From: Spirochaetota bacterium
Lineage (GTDB): Bacteria > Spirochaetota > UBA12135 > COTS27 > CBDBHE01
Length of the DNA stretch: 64,000 nucleotides
Direction of reading: 5' to 3'
Assembly: GCA_965205605.1 (NCBI GenBank)
Contig: CBDBHE010000001.1
Location: 31,384 to 95,383, forward strand
The notes under the pieces were generated by a model, which searched no databases, was not told where the DNA came from, and worked only from the letters and a program-made list of their open reading frames with translations. Below, piece by piece: positions 29,043 to 40,976 of this stretch. Made by a program: the position numbers and the translations under genes. The stretch's first letter is position 1. Every line of letters starts with the position of its first letter.

Positions 29043-30155
29043 TTGAAAATTAAGTTACTATTAAGAGAAATTTTTATTTACTCAAGTTTACTACTGATCA
29101 TTCCTTTTTTTTCTACTACAAATAAATATCAAAAGATTTATTATAATAGGCTTATTTCAATTTATAACATTGAAAATAAAAAATTAAATCAATTTCACGA
29201 ATTCATAAAAGAGGTTCCTGATTTCAAGAATAAATCTTATTATTTTAATAATGTTTTATTTTATCATAATAAATATTATGACATTTATCATTACTTAAAA
29301 TTAAATACAAAAACATTTGTTAGTCAAGCAAACAATTATTACGTTACTTATAAAAAAGCAGGCGAAAAAATCAATTTTTTTAATAAAAAAGGAAATTTAT
29401 TATGGTCTTATAACACTAGAAATTACCCTTTTCTTTCTCCTTCAGGAAATCGTATTATTTTATTAAATAGCGATGGGAGTTCTATTTCTGTGATCGATAA
29501 AAATATTAATATGTTATTAACAAATGTCTTTATTTCCACTTTAATTACTGACTTAAAATTTTGTGATTTTGATGATTCTTTCGTCATAGGGACAATTGAA
29601 GGCAATGTCATTAGTTATAATCACCAAAATCAATTAAATTTCAAATATAAAGCCCCTAAAAGCAATAAACCTTTGATCAAATCCATCATTCTCTCAGAGC
29701 GTAGTCGTTATATTGGGGTGTGTTCGGGAATTAACCCAGAATATGTCTTTGTTTTAAGAAAAGATGGAAAACTTCTGTGGAAAACTAAAACTAAAGAAAA
29801 TAATCGAAAAATCATTAATCTTTTAATTAATAAAAAAGAAAAAAAATTGATTAGAAAGGAAGGTGATTATCTTATCATTCATCATCTTCTTTCTGGAAAA
29901 GTGATAGAGAAAATCTTCATAAATACAGAAGGTTTGGGAGTTCATGATTATACTTTGTATACTTTAGAAAACAACAAAATACTTGTTCTTATCAATGGTA
30001 GTAATTTACGGAAAGCTTTTGTTATCACTACAAAAGGTCAAATTTTATTTGAAAAAATCTTTTATGATTCTTATTTTGTTAGAGGAGAAATTAAAAATAA
30101 TTTTATTACTATTTATACTTCTGAAAACATATTTCTTTATTCTCTTTATAACTAA
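29043..30155 (+). CDS. Membrane-anchored beta-propeller (PQQ/WD40-like) hypothetical protein
   Basis: Repeated xxGxLLW units (KGNLLWSY, DGKLLWKT, KGQILFEK). Confidence 0.55.
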   Translation: MKIKLLLREIFIYSSLLLIIPFFSTTNKYQKIYYNRLISIYNIENKKLNQFHEFIKEVPDFKNKSYYFNNVLFYHNKYYDIYHYLKLNTKTFVSQANNYYVTYKKAGEKINFFNKKGNLLWSYNTRNYPFLSPSGNRIILLNSDGSSISVIDKNINMLLTNVFISTLITDLKFCDFDDSFVIGTIEGNVISYNHQNQLNFKYKAPKSNKPLIKSIILSERSRYIGVCSGINPEYVFVLRKDGKLLWKTKTKENNRKIINLLINKKEKKLIRKEGDYLIIHHLLSGKVIEKIFINTEGLGVHDYTLYTLENNKILVLINGSNLRKAFVITTKGQILFEKIFYDSYFVRGEIKNNFITIYTSENIFLYSLYN

Positions 30156-30161
30156 AAACAA

Positions 30162-30431
30162 ATGAAAAAAATAAAAACAATTGCTTTTTTACTCACAAAA
30201 ATAAAACACCTTAAAACAATGGAAGCATTACTTACAGAACTTTTAACAAAAAAAGAAATTGAAAATATTGCTCTTCGATTAGAATTGCTAAAAAAATTAA
30301 AAAAAGGAGATAGTCAAAGAAAAATCTCAAAATCACTTAAAATCAGCCTTTGTAAAATTACTAGAGGATCAAAAATTTTGAAAAACCCCAATTCAATTTT
30401 AAAATCAATCATTCAGTCCAATAACGATTAA
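30162..30431 (+). CDS. trpR: TrpR/YerC-family transcriptional regulator
   Basis: LLTKKEIENIALR...SQRKISKSLKISLCKITRGSKIL. Confidence 0.8.
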   Translation: MKKIKTIAFLLTKIKHLKTMEALLTELLTKKEIENIALRLELLKKLKKGDSQRKISKSLKISLCKITRGSKILKNPNSILKSIIQSNND

Positions 30432-30441
30432 ATTCATTTCA

Positions 30442-32361
30442 TTGCATTCTCTTAATAAAACTGAAATCAAAACTTTATTACATCAAGGTTGCTCTTGTGA
30501 TAACTGGGATCTTATTAAATGCCACAAACAATCTTTAAGCAAAATTTACCACACAAAATTAATAGGTTCTGTTTTTATTGGAAAGCTAGACAATCAAACT
30601 ATTTCTTATAGAACTAAAGATCAAACAATCAAAAAAAAACCTATTATTGAAAAAGCTTTATTAGAAAACTGTAGTATTGGCAACAATTGCTATATCTCCA
30701 ATGTTACCGGCGGCATCAAAGGAATGACAATTGAGAAAGAATGTTTGCTTGAAAACATCGCTTCCCTTCAAACAACAACTCAAAGCCAATTTGGACATAA
30801 CACACTCGTGCCTATTTTAAGTCAACTTCAAACACATCAAGTACCTATTTTTAATGGACTAAGTGCTCAACTTGCTTATTTACTTGCTTTTTCAAAAGGA
30901 GACGAAGGTTTCACTCAAAAACTAAAAACGCTTCTTTCAAAAAAAATCAAACCCCCAAAAAATGGCTTTATTGGTCATAACGCTGTCATACGATATTGTG
31001 GAGACTTAATTGATATTTGTATTGAAAGTCATGCTGAAATTAGTTTTGTTAATAAGCTTATCAATGGCTATATCAGCTCTAATGAAAAAACTCAAACATT
31101 AATTTCCAACAACGTGAGTTGCAACAATTTTATTATTGAAAAAGGCAATTGCCTTGAAAACAACGTATCTATTGAAAATACCTTTATTGGAGAAAGTTGC
31201 CAAATAAAAAACCATTGTTTTGTTAAAAATAGTTTATTTTTTTCATGTTGTGATTTTGAAAAATCAGAAATTGAAGGCTTATTTGCAGCTCCTCATACCG
31301 TCAGCCACCATCGCTCTACGCTACTCATTTCTGCGTACATGTCCCATTTTAATGCCGGTAGCAGTACTAATGCTTCCAATCATCTATACAAACTGGGCCC
31401 TCATAGCTGGGGATACTTTCAAAGAGGAGTTAAAACAGCTTCTAATGCTTATCTTCTGTATCCTGCTAAAATAGGGTTGTTTTCAATTGTTATTGGAAAA
31501 ATAAAGACCCACATCGACACAACTGCCTTTCCTTTTTCGATTATTATTGGCAAAGAAAAGGCAACCTTTCTTTACCCTGCAAAAACTCTTGAAAGTATAG
31601 GGCTTTATCGAGATTTAAAAAAATGGCAACAAAAACAAAAAAACAAAGATTTAACTCTCGATCTTATTGAAAACAAAATGAATCACCCTTACACAATTAG
31701 CCGTATTTATGAAGCTTCTAAAAGAACTTCTAAAAGATCATTCAAACAATTCAAAATAAAAAAAAAATGGTATCAAAAAGCAAAAAAGATTTATCTAAAT
31801 TACACAAAACGCTATCTTATTGAAAAATGGCTTTTCTTTTTACAACAAAAAACTCCAATTTTAAATTTAAAAAAACAATTTAAGCCTAATCTTTCCATTA
31901 ACTGGATCGATTTAGGAGGCTATTACACCTCTAAACAAACTCTTAACAAAGCTCTTGAAGAAACCATTCAACAAAAAGATACTTGTTTCAGTAAAAACCT
32001 AGAAAAAACAGAAATAGAAAACTCATTATTAGAAATGAATTGGGTAGTAACGTGTTTTAAAAGTATTTATCATGAATATCCATGGAATTATTCAGTAAAA
32101 AAAAATAAAAAATTATTAGATGAATGGGAAACTTTAGAAAAAGATTATTATCAAAAACTGATTTTGGATGCAAAAAAAGAATTTGATGTGTCTCAAAAAA
32201 TATGTTATGGCGTTTTAGTCAATCAAGAAAATGAATTTAAAGCCATCAAAGGTTCTTTTAAAGAACACCCTCTTATCAAAGAAATTGAAAAAAAAATAGA
32301 AAAAATTCCTACAATTAAAAGAAATTATTTAAAGCTTCTTGTTAAAAAAAATTTCAAATAA
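30442..32361 (+). CDS. DUF4954 family protein (left-handed beta-helix-like)
   Basis: QGCSCDNW, FAAPHTVSHHRSTLLI, FNAGSSTNASNHLYKLGP, RGVKTAS, WIDLGG, DAKKEF. Confidence 0.85.
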   Translation: MHSLNKTEIKTLLHQGCSCDNWDLIKCHKQSLSKIYHTKLIGSVFIGKLDNQTISYRTKDQTIKKKPIIEKALLENCSIGNNCYISNVTGGIKGMTIEKECLLENIASLQTTTQSQFGHNTLVPILSQLQTHQVPIFNGLSAQLAYLLAFSKGDEGFTQKLKTLLSKKIKPPKNGFIGHNAVIRYCGDLIDICIESHAEISFVNKLINGYISSNEKTQTLISNNVSCNNFIIEKGNCLENNVSIENTFIGESCQIKNHCFVKNSLFFSCCDFEKSEIEGLFAAPHTVSHHRSTLLISAYMSHFNAGSSTNASNHLYKLGPHSWGYFQRGVKTASNAYLLYPAKIGLFSIVIGKIKTHIDTTAFPFSIIIGKEKATFLYPAKTLESIGLYRDLKKWQQKQKNKDLTLDLIENKMNHPYTISRIYEASKRTSKRSFKQFKIKKKWYQKAKKIYLNYTKRYLIEKWLFFLQQKTPILNLKKQFKPNLSINWIDLGGYYTSKQTLNKALEETIQQKDTCFSKNLEKTEIENSLLEMNWVVTCFKSIYHEYPWNYSVKKNKKLLDEWETLEKDYYQKLILDAKKEFDVSQKICYGVLVNQENEFKAIKGSFKEHPLIKEIEKKIEKIPTIKRNYLKLLVKKNFK

Positions 32362-32447
32362 ATTCATAATAACAAAAAAAATTACTTTAAAAATTTAATC
32401 TAAAAAAATAAGTCTAATCAATTTGATCGAATTTATTAGATCTTAAA

Positions 32448-32474
32448 TTGACAAAAAAAAATCGACATGATAAT
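32448..32474 (+). promoter_or_regulatory. Probable sigma70 promoter of the tRNA pair
   Basis: TTGACA-N15-GATAAT; the spacer contains an A run that may be under-called. Confidence 0.5.
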
Positions 32475-32498
32475 GATTTAAAGTAAATTTTGTATATT

Positions 32499-32572
32499 GG
32501 GTGTGTAGCTCAGTTGGTTAGAGCGCAACACTGATAATGTTGAGGTCGGAAGTTCAAATCTTCCCACACCCA
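32499..32572 (+). tRNA. tRNA-Ile (GAT)
   Basis: Full cloverleaf: acceptor GGGTGTG/CACACCC, anticodon loop CTGATAA, T loop TTCAAAT; CCA not encoded. Confidence 0.97.
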
Positions 32573-32577
32573 AGAAA

Positions 32578-32650
32578 GGGGACGTAGCTCAGTTGGGAGA
32601 GCACCAGATTTGCATTCTGGGGGTCGTGAGTTCGAGCCTCATCGTCTCCA
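32578..32650 (+). tRNA. tRNA-Ala (TGC)
   Basis: Acceptor GGGGACG/CGTCTCC with G3:U70 identity pair; anticodon loop TTTGCAT; T loop TTCGAGC. Confidence 0.97.
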
Positions 32651-32764
32651 AAATAAATAAACCAAATGAGTGAAAAAAAAATTAAGCATTTTTTATTAAT
32701 TTCAAGTAAAATAAATCTCAAGATATCTTAAAAAAAGCAAAAAATATGGACCTATAGCACTATA

Positions 32765-33421
32765 ATGTTTCTATTTCCTAAATGGACAAATAAGATAACT
32801 GGATTTCTTTTAATAGGCCTTATTATATCTCTTGGATTTTCTATTTTTGTTTTTTGGTATTGGTTTTCTCCTGATAATCTTGATGTAGGGTATTCACCTA
32901 AACAACCCATTGCTTATAGTCACAAATTGCATGTTAGTGAACTAGGAATTGACTGCCGTTATTGTCATCATAATGTTGAAACAGCCGCTCATGCAAACAT
33001 TCCAACAACTGAAACTTGTATGAGTTGTCATCAAATCATTCGAAAAGGAACTAGCCCCAGTAGTGAAAAAAATATTGCAAAACTAGTGGAATATTATGAA
33101 AAAGGAGAAAAGATTAACTGGGTTCGGGTTCATTTTCTTCCTGATTATACTTATTTTAACCACAGTGCTCACATTAATGCGGGAGTTTCTTGTGTCAGTT
33201 GTCACGGTAGAATTGACCAAATGGAAGTGGTTCATCAATCAAAGCCTCTTAGTATGGGATGGTGTTTAGAATGTCATCGATCTCCTGAAAAACATCTTAG
33301 ACCTAAAGAATTAATTACTCAACTAGATTGGAAAGCAGACGACCCTATTACTTTAGGAAAAAAAATAAAAATAGCTAACAATGTTAGCCCAAAAGAGGAT
33401 TGCAGTACATGTCACAGATAA
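32765..33421 (+). CDS. actA: Alternative complex III pentahaem cytochrome c
   Basis: Five CxxCH motifs (CRYCH, CMSCH, CVSCH, CLECH, CSTCH); one TM helix; QPIAYSHKLH. Confidence 0.93.
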   Translation: MFLFPKWTNKITGFLLIGLIISLGFSIFVFWYWFSPDNLDVGYSPKQPIAYSHKLHVSELGIDCRYCHHNVETAAHANIPTTETCMSCHQIIRKGTSPSSEKNIAKLVEYYEKGEKINWVRVHFLPDYTYFNHSAHINAGVSCVSCHGRIDQMEVVHQSKPLSMGWCLECHRSPEKHLRPKELITQLDWKADDPITLGKKIKIANNVSPKEDCSTCHR

Positions 33422-36400
33422 ATTCAAACAAAAAACATTACTGGAAAAGGGTCAAAAAAGTATCAGACCAAAAAAAAGAAACTTTGATAAAGGATTTTCA
33501 AGGCGAGTTTGAAAAAGAAGCTAATCAACTAACCGACCTCATTGATCGAAGAAATTTTTTCAAAATCATGGGAGCTTCGATTTCTCTTGCTGGCCTTGCT
33601 GGTTGTAAAATAATAAGACGACCCAAAGGTCATTTGGTTCCTTATAACCAAGATCCTGAACATTTAGTCCCTGGTAATTCTCTTCTTTATGCGACCAGTT
33701 ATGCTTTAGGAGATGAGGTAGGGGGACTTTTAGTAGAAAGCTATGAAGGTAGGCCTACAAAAATAGAAGGCAATCCTCTTTATAATGACAATAAAGGAAC
33801 TAGTAGCGTTTTTCACCAAGCTTCTATTCTTGATTTATATGATCCTGATCGAGTCAAAAATTACTTGAAAGCAGGTCAAAAACTTAATAAGAAAGACTTT
33901 GAAATTTTTTTAACAAACATCGAAAAACAACTTAAAAACACAAAAGGAAAAGGTTTTGGTATTTTAGCTGAACGCATTCCTTCTTCAACTCAATATAGGC
34001 TTTTAAATACTTTAAAAACCAAATTTCCTTCTCTTGAAATTGCTCTTTACAACCCAATCAATTTTGATAATATTTACAATGGGCTAAACGAAGTCACTGG
34101 AAAAGCATGTTTACCTAAAATTGATTTTAAAAAAGCAAATGTGGTTGTTTCTTTTGATAGTGATTTTTTAAGTGAAAAAGAACCTTTTTGGATGGAAAAC
34201 ACACGAAGTTATAGCCAAAGACGTGATCCTGATGACACGAAAGGATTAAATAGGCTCTATCAGTTTGAAAGTTTTTTTAGTATTACAGGAGGCAAAGCAG
34301 ATCATCGTTTTAAAGTAAAAAGTCGTTTTATGGAATATTTAATTTACAAGCTTATCTTAAATCTTAATAATCAAGGATTAACTAAAATTAATTATGATAT
34401 AATTGTAAAAATCAAAGCTCATCTTTTAAATCTTGAAACTCATTTTAGTCATTTAAAAGCGTATAAAGCCCTAACCTACATTGCAAAAGATCTTTTAAAT
34501 CATAAAGGCAATTGTGTCATTGTAGCCGGAAGCAAACAACCTCCTTTAATTCATGCCTTAGTTTATTTTATTAACCAATGGCTTGAAAATAATAACAAGA
34601 CAGTCTCTTATTATCGAAATCCTTTTGATAATAAATCATTAGTAGCAGGCAGTAATTTAAGTACGCTAAAATCACTTGATCGTTCTCTTAGAAAAGATAA
34701 TTATAATTCTTTTAAAGGGCTTAATCAACAAATTAAAAAAGGCAAGGTTAAAAAACTAATTATTTTAGGAGGGGATCCACTTTATTACTTTGAAGGGGAC
34801 TTGAATTTTCAAAAAAGATTTAAAAAAATAGAAACCATCCATCTTAGTAGCCATCTTAATAAAACTGCAAAAAATGCATCCTTTGTCATTCCAAGATCTC
34901 ATTACTTAGAATCGTGGTCAGATTTAACTTCATTACAAGGTGTAAGTGGTATTGTACAACCTTTAATTATGCCTCTTTATGAAAGTTTTTCAGATATTGA
35001 ATTACTTTCTTATTTAATAGGGGAAAAAAAAGAAAGTCGTAGTCTTGTTAAAAACACTTGGCGTTTTTTAGACAATGCGAAATGGCGAGAATCAATTCAC
35101 AATGGATTTATAAACAAAAGGTCTTTTAAGATTAACAATATTTATGGTATTTTAGAAAATTTAGCACGTCCAATTGAGATTCAAAAAAAAGGATTAAAAA
35201 ATAATTTAAATACTTTAGAAGTAGTGTTTCACTGTGATTCTAAAATGTATGATGGTCGTTTTATTAATAATGGATGGCTTCAAGAAATGCCAGATCCTAT
35301 AACAAAAATTTGTTGGGATAATGCCATTATTGTTTCTCAAAAAACAGCAAAAAAATACAAAATAGATAATGAAGATATTGTAAAAATCAAGTTAAACAAT
35401 AAAACAATCGAAGGGGCTATTTTCATACAGCCTGGGCAAGCAGATGATTCTATTTCTTTATTTTTAGGGTATGGTCAAAGTGAAAATCAAGGAAGAATTG
35501 CCAGTAATAGTGGTTATAATGCTTATCTAATTAAACCTGCTAGCGAAGAAAAAATTGTTTTAAAAGGGACGATTATCAAAACAAAAAAAAAGTATTCTCT
35601 AGCGAGTGTGCAAGAACATTGGAATATCAACAAACCGAATGGTAGTTCTCAAAATGGCAGACCTCTTATTTTAGAAGCCGATATAGAAACCTATAAAAAG
35701 AACCCTACTTTTGCCAAAGATAGAGTGAAAGTTTCTTCTTTGGATAAGTTTCATGAAAGACAAAAAGATATTAAAAACCCCCATCCAATGAGTGGAGATC
35801 AAATGTCTATTTTTCCTCAAAGAAATTATGAAGAAGGTTATCAATGGGGAATGAGTATTGATTTAAGTAAGTGTACTGGGTGCAATGCGTGTATGATTGC
35901 TTGTCAGGCAGAAAATAACATCCCTATAGTAGGGAAGAAAATGGTTTTAAAAGGTCGAGAGATGCATTGGATCAGACTTGATCGGTATTTTGGGGGAGAT
36001 GACGAAGAGGCTACGATGAGTTTTCAACCGATGACCTGTCTTCATTGTGAAACCGCTCCTTGTGAGCAAGTCTGCCCTGTTGCAGCAACAGTACACAGTG
36101 AAGAAGGAACAAACGATATGGCTTATAATCGATGTATTGGGACTCGGTTTTGTTCTAATAATTGCCCTGTAAAAGTAAGACGATTTAATTTTTTAGATTA
36201 TCACCAAACCAATCCTCAATCAAAAAAAAAAATTAGAAAACATCTTTTTGATTTAATAAGAGAACCTGAAGAAACAATGCAAATGCAATTTAACCCTAAT
36301 GTGACAGTGAGGATGCGAGGGGTTATGGAAAAATGTACCTATTGCATTCAAAGGGTATCGAAAGCAAAAATTAATGCTAAAAATGAAAAACGACTTTTAG

Positions 36401-36612
36401 TAGATGGTGAAATTAAAACTGCTTGCGAGCAAACTTGTCCTGCAGGAGTCATTACGTTTGGTAATATTAACGACAAAAAAAGTCGTGTTAGTCACTTAAA
36501 AGAAAAAGATCGCGATTACCATTTATTAGCAGAGCTTAATTTAAAACCAAGAACAACGTATTTAGCAAGTATTAAAAATTTTAATAAAGAACTAAAAAAC
36601 GCTTTAAGTTAA
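33409..36612 (+). CDS. actB: Alternative complex III subunit B (molybdopterin-oxidoreductase-like plus Fe-S domain)
   Basis: Tat RRNFFK plus [62 protein letters not shown]. Confidence 0.94.
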   Translation: MSQINSNKKHYWKRVKKVSDQKKETLIKDFQGEFEKEANQLTDLIDRRNFFKIMGASISLAGLAGCKIIRRPKGHLVPYNQDPEHLVPGNSLLYATSYALGDEVGGLLVESYEGRPTKIEGNPLYNDNKGTSSVFHQASILDLYDPDRVKNYLKAGQKLNKKDFEIFLTNIEKQLKNTKGKGFGILAERIPSSTQYRLLNTLKTKFPSLEIALYNPINFDNIYNGLNEVTGKACLPKIDFKKANVVVSFDSDFLSEKEPFWMENTRSYSQRRDPDDTKGLNRLYQFESFFSITGGKADHRFKVKSRFMEYLIYKLILNLNNQGLTKINYDIIVKIKAHLLNLETHFSHLKAYKALTYIAKDLLNHKGNCVIVAGSKQPPLIHALVYFINQWLENNNKTVSYYRNPFDNKSLVAGSNLSTLKSLDRSLRKDNYNSFKGLNQQIKKGKVKKLIILGGDPLYYFEGDLNFQKRFKKIETIHLSSHLNKTAKNASFVIPRSHYLESWSDLTSLQGVSGIVQPLIMPLYESFSDIELLSYLIGEKKESRSLVKNTWRFLDNAKWRESIHNGFINKRSFKINNIYGILENLARPIEIQKKGLKNNLNTLEVVFHCDSKMYDGRFINNGWLQEMPDPITKICWDNAIIVSQKTAKKYKIDNEDIVKIKLNNKTIEGAIFIQPGQADDSISLFLGYGQSENQGRIASNSGYNAYLIKPASEEKIVLKGTIIKTKKKYSLASVQEHWNINKPNGSSQNGRPLILEADIETYKKNPTFAKDRVKVSSLDKFHERQKDIKNPHPMSGDQMSIFPQRNYEEGYQWGMSIDLSKCTGCNACMIACQAENNIPIVGKKMVLKGREMHWIRLDRYFGGDDEEATMSFQPMTCLHCETAPCEQVCPVAATVHSEEGTNDMAYNRCIGTRFCSNNCPVKVRRFNFLDYHQTNPQSKKKIRKHLFDLIREPEETMQMQFNPNVTVRMRGVMEKCTYCIQRVSKAKINAKNEKRLLVDGEIKTACEQTCPAGVITFGNINDKKSRVSHLKEKDRDYHLLAELNLKPRTTYLASIKNFNKELKNALS

Positions 36613-36644
36613 TTAGCAAAAAATATTTAAATACTGAAAATAAA

Positions 36645-38021
36645 ATGAATAAAAAAATTTCTTTAATTTCTTCGCCTCCTTTGATAGAAGGGAATAAAAG
36701 CTTTGAAACAATTTCAAAAGAGCTTTGTGGGATTCCAGAAACTCCTTTAAGAAAAACACCTAGCTGGTGGCTAATCACCTTTGTAGGAGCCATTTCGCTT
36801 TTAAGCGTCCTTTTAGGGTCTGTTGGATACCTTATTTGGGAAGGAACAGGTGTTTGGGGAATTAATAATCCTGTTGCTTGGGGATATGCGATTATCAACT
36901 TGGTGTGGTGGGTTGGCATTGGTCACGCTGGAACGCTTATTTCTGCAATTTTATTTTTATTTAGACAAAAATGGAGAACCTCTATTAATCGCTTTGCTGA
37001 AGCCATGACGATTTTTGCTGTTATCTGTGCATTATTGTTTCCTGCAATTCACATTGGACGGATTTGGATTGCCCATTACATGCTCCCTGTGCCCAACCAA
37101 ATGAGCATGTGGCCTAACTTTAGAAGTCCTCTTTTATGGGATCTCTTTGCTTTTTCAACTTATTTTCTAACGTCTTTTTTATTTTGGTATGTAGGGCTAA
37201 TTCCCGATTTAGCCACACTAAGGGATCGAGCAAAAAATAAAATTGGTCAAATACTTTATGGTATTTTTGCTTTAGGCTGGAACGGAGCAAACCGACACTG
37301 GCAAAATTATGAAAGAGCCTACTTGATTCTTGCAGGGATTGCAACTCCTTTAGTGCTTTCAGTACACTCTATTGTTAGTTTTGATTTTGCTGTTGGACAA
37401 ATCCCAGGTTGGCATACAACGATCTTCCCCCCTTATTTTGTTGCCGGAGCTATTTTCTCTGGATTTGGCTTAGTCCTTACTTTAATGATTATTGCAAGAG
37501 AAATTTATGGACTCAAACAATACATTACAAAAAATCATATTGAAGTGATGAACAAATTTATTTTAGCAACAGGATCTATGGTAGGATATGCCTACGCAAT
37601 GGAATTTTTCATTGCTTGGTACTCTGGGAATGAATATGAACTTTTTGTGTTTATTAACAGAGCTACAGGGCCTTACTGGTGGGCTTATTGGATTATGTTT
37701 TCTTGTAATGTTTTTATCCCACAGCTCCTTTGGTCTAAAAAAATGAGAAGAAATATGCTCATTACATTTATTATTTCTATCTTAGTGAATGTGGGGATGT
37801 GGTTTGAACGGTTTGTGATCGTTGTGACAAGCCTTCATCGAGATTTTTTACCTTCAAGCTGGGGTTATTATAAAGCCACTCTTATAGATATACTCACTTA
37901 TTTAGGGACTTTCGGTTTATTTTTTACCTTTTTTCTTTTATTTCTAAGATTTTTACCTATGATTGCAATTTCTGAAGTCAAAGGAGTTTTGCCTGAAGCA
38001 AACCCACATTATAAGCATTAG
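36645..38021 (+). CDS. actC: Alternative complex III subunit C (NrfD/PsrC family)
   Basis: [41 protein letters not shown]. Confidence 0.95.
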   Translation: MNKKISLISSPPLIEGNKSFETISKELCGIPETPLRKTPSWWLITFVGAISLLSVLLGSVGYLIWEGTGVWGINNPVAWGYAIINLVWWVGIGHAGTLISAILFLFRQKWRTSINRFAEAMTIFAVICALLFPAIHIGRIWIAHYMLPVPNQMSMWPNFRSPLLWDLFAFSTYFLTSFLFWYVGLIPDLATLRDRAKNKIGQILYGIFALGWNGANRHWQNYERAYLILAGIATPLVLSVHSIVSFDFAVGQIPGWHTTIFPPYFVAGAIFSGFGLVLTLMIIAREIYGLKQYITKNHIEVMNKFILATGSMVGYAYAMEFFIAWYSGNEYELFVFINRATGPYWWAYWIMFSCNVFIPQLLWSKKMRRNMLITFIISILVNVGMWFERFVIVVTSLHRDFLPSSWGYYKATLIDILTYLGTFGLFFTFFLLFLRFLPMIAISEVKGVLPEANPHYKH

Positions 38022-38034
38022 TAAATAAAATCAT

Positions 38035-38588
38035 ATGAAAAAAAAGTCTAATAAAAATCCAAAAGAATACGCAATACTTGCTGAGTTTGATGACCCTTCA
38101 AGTCTTTTAGAAGCTTGTAAAAATACCAAAAAAGAAGGCTATAGCAAATTTGATGCACATAGTCCCTTCCCAATTCATGGAATGGATAAAGCAATGAAAT
38201 TAAAAGATTCCAAACTAGGTTGGCTTGTTTCTTTAGGGGCTTTGAGTGGATTTAGTTGTGCTCTTTTATTACAAATATGGGCTATGACCAAAGCGTATGC
38301 CTTTAAAATTAGTGGAAAACCTTTTTTAAGTTTAGAAGCTTTTATTCCTGTTACGTTTGAATTAACAATCTTATTTTCTGCCTTTACTGTAACTTTTGGA
38401 ATGATTTTCTTAAACAAACTGCCCAAATGGTACAACCCTTTTTTTAAGCATCCCCGGTTTCCATTAGTTTCTTCCATAAATTTTTTATTAGTATTCTATC
38501 AATAGACCAACTTTATGATCATAAAAAAACAAAAGATTTTTTAAAAAAAATAAAAGGAAAAAACATTAAAAAAGTTTATGATGATTAA
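38035..38588 (+). CDS. actD: Alternative complex III subunit D (DUF3341), apparent frameshift near 38470-38486
   Basis: DAHSPFPIHG, FIPVTFELTILFSA; typical C-terminus (KFFISILSIDQLYD...KKVYDD*) lies in the shifted frame. Confidence 0.88.
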
Positions 38589-39225
38589 AAATAGATTTTG
38601 TTTTAAAAAATATTTTTATTTTTTCTCTTTGGCATTTCTTTTAATCAACTGTCAAGGATATTTTACAGAAAAACAACCGATCCACCTTAATCCAAACATG
38701 GACTTTCAGTCAAAAATGGAAGCCCAAAAATTAAGTTTAGAAATCCCAAAAGAAACAATTCCTTGGGGTGATTCTACAAGTGACTTTAAAAGTAGAGAAC
38801 AATTTTTAAAGAAAAACAGCTCTTTTTATAAAGGAAAAATTTCTGAAAATGGACCTTACATAGAAAAAATTCCCTTAAAAGTTGATGAAAACTTTATTTT
38901 AAGAGGTAAAGAAAGATTTAATATTTACTGTGCTACTTGTCACGATCGTTCTGGAACAGGCAATAGTATAATTGTTAAAAGGGGAATGATTCAACCCCCT
39001 AATTTATCTGATAAAAGAATTATTAATATGGCTGATGGAGAACTTTTTTCCATTATTGCAGATGGAATTAGAAATATGAGCGGGTATGGTAAAAAAATAA
39101 AACCTAAAGATAGATGGGCAATTATTTCGTATATACGAACACTTCAATTTTCAAGAAATGCAAACATCAACGATGTCCCTATTCAAAAAAGAAAGGAACT
39201 TTTAAATAAAAAACTTAAAAATTAA
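38578..39225 (+). CDS. actE: Alternative complex III monohaem cytochrome c lipoprotein
   Basis: Lipobox LINC, PNMDFQ, CATCH, DRWAIISYIR. Confidence 0.92.
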   Translation: MMIKNRFCFKKYFYFFSLAFLLINCQGYFTEKQPIHLNPNMDFQSKMEAQKLSLEIPKETIPWGDSTSDFKSREQFLKKNSSFYKGKISENGPYIEKIPLKVDENFILRGKERFNIYCATCHDRSGTGNSIIVKRGMIQPPNLSDKRIINMADGELFSIIADGIRNMSGYGKKIKPKDRWAIISYIRTLQFSRNANINDVPIQKRKELLNKKLKN

Positions 39226-39254
39226 ATAATGATTTAATTAAAAAAATAAAAGCA

Positions 39255-40628
39255 ATGTCTCAAAAATACCTATTATCTGGAAAAATTAAAAATAAAATTC
39301 CCTTTATTTTAATGGGAATTGGGGTTTTGTTTTACATACTTGCTCTTTTAAGTCCATTGACAAACTTAATCAAAGAAAAAGAAAACTCTTCTCATAATTA
39401 CAAAAAAAATGAAACACACCAAAAACAAAATTTAAAAGAAAAAGCTTCTTCTCATCATAAAGAAGAAAATAGACACGATTTTGATAAAAGTGAACATAAA
39501 AAAGAAAATCAGCATGAGGCCAATAATAATGAAAACCACGCTCCTTCATATAAAAAAATCAAAATTTTTTCACTCTTACTTAGTTTCGTATACTTTTTTT
39601 ACAAGCTTGTTTTTAGGGGCTATTTTTTTTGTGTTGATACAATTTCTAACTAAAGCTCATTGGAGTGTTAGCATTAGAAGATTAGCAGAACAAATGATGA
39701 AAAATTCTTGGCTCATTATTTTATTTTCACTACCACTGCTTTTTGGGACACACGAGCTTTATCATTGGACTCATAAGTCCGTTGTTGAAAGTGATACTAT
39801 TTTAAAACATAAAAAACCCTATTTAAATTTAGTCTTCTTTTATATACGACTTACTTTTTATTTTACTAGCTGGGTTATTATCTCTCGTTTTTATTATAAA
39901 AATTCGATCAATCAAGATGCTACAGGAGACAAAAAAAATCACCCTTAAATTACAAAATATTCTCCTTTATGTCTTGTTGTTTACGCCATTACACTTACCT
40001 TCTTTTCGATTGACCTTTTAATGTCTTTATATCCACATTGGTATTCAACAATTTATGGCATTTATTATTTTACTGGTGGTGTCGTTGGATTTTTATCCTT
40101 GCTTTGTCTCACTTCATTATACTTAAGAATCAATCACTATTTAAAAAAAAGAAATTAACGTCGAACATTATCACGATATTGGCAAGCTACTCTTTGGCTT
40201 CATGTGTTTTTTGGGCATACATTGCTTTTAGTCAATATTTCTTAATATGGTATGCTAGCCTTCCTGAAGAAACACTTTTTTACCTAAATCGCTTAAACTA
40301 TAATTGGAAAATTATTAGCATGATTTTAATTTTTGGACACTTTGTGATTCCTTTTCTGATTTTTATTTCTAGAAATGCAAAAAGAAATTTAATCATTAGT
40401 GCTTGTATCTGTTTTTGGTTATTAATCATGCATTACATTGACTTATACTGGCTTATTAGTCCTAACGTAGATCCAAATCAAGTGAACTTTAATTACTCTG
40501 ATCTTTTTTGTTTTCTTGGAATGGGTGGTATTTTTTTAGGGCATTATCTTTACCAGATTTCAAAAAATCCAATCATGCCTCTTAAAGATCCTCGTTTAAA
40601 AGAATCTCTTCATTTCGAGAATGCGTAA
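39255..40628 (+). CDS. actF: Alternative complex III subunit F, interrupted by about five single-base indels
   Basis: Joined frames give AHWSVSIRR, KPYLN, DLLMSLYPHWYSTIYG, HYHDIGKLLF, FWAYIAFSQYFLIWYASLPEE. Confidence 0.85.
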
Positions 40629-40654
40629 GTAAAAAAAATATAGGAGCTTTTACA

Positions 40655-40967
40655 TTGAAAAATGAAACCACTTATGATACTTCAGAGCCAAAATCTTTTG
40701 TGATTGCTCTTTACGTTGCTGGGTCTGCCTTAGTAATTGCTATTCTTACCTTTATCTCTTACTATATTTATAAAGGAAGTGTTTCTAGTAGAATTAAAGA
40801 ATTACAAAACAAAGCTAGCATGGAAGGTTATGAACTCTCCCAAATAAGAAAAATTGAAAAAAAAAAAATTAGAAACGTATCAATGGATTAATCGAGAAAA
40901 AAACCAAATTCAAATTCCAATAGAAAAAGCAATGCAAAAAACAATACGTTATTACAAAAAAAAATAA
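40655..40967 (+). CDS. actG: Alternative complex III subunit G-like, frameshift in A run near 40857-40868
   Basis: One TM helix; shifted frame LETYQWINREKNQIQIPIEKAM matches the ActG YxWxD...IPIxxAM motif. Confidence 0.75.
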
Positions 40968-40976
40968 AAAATTTTT

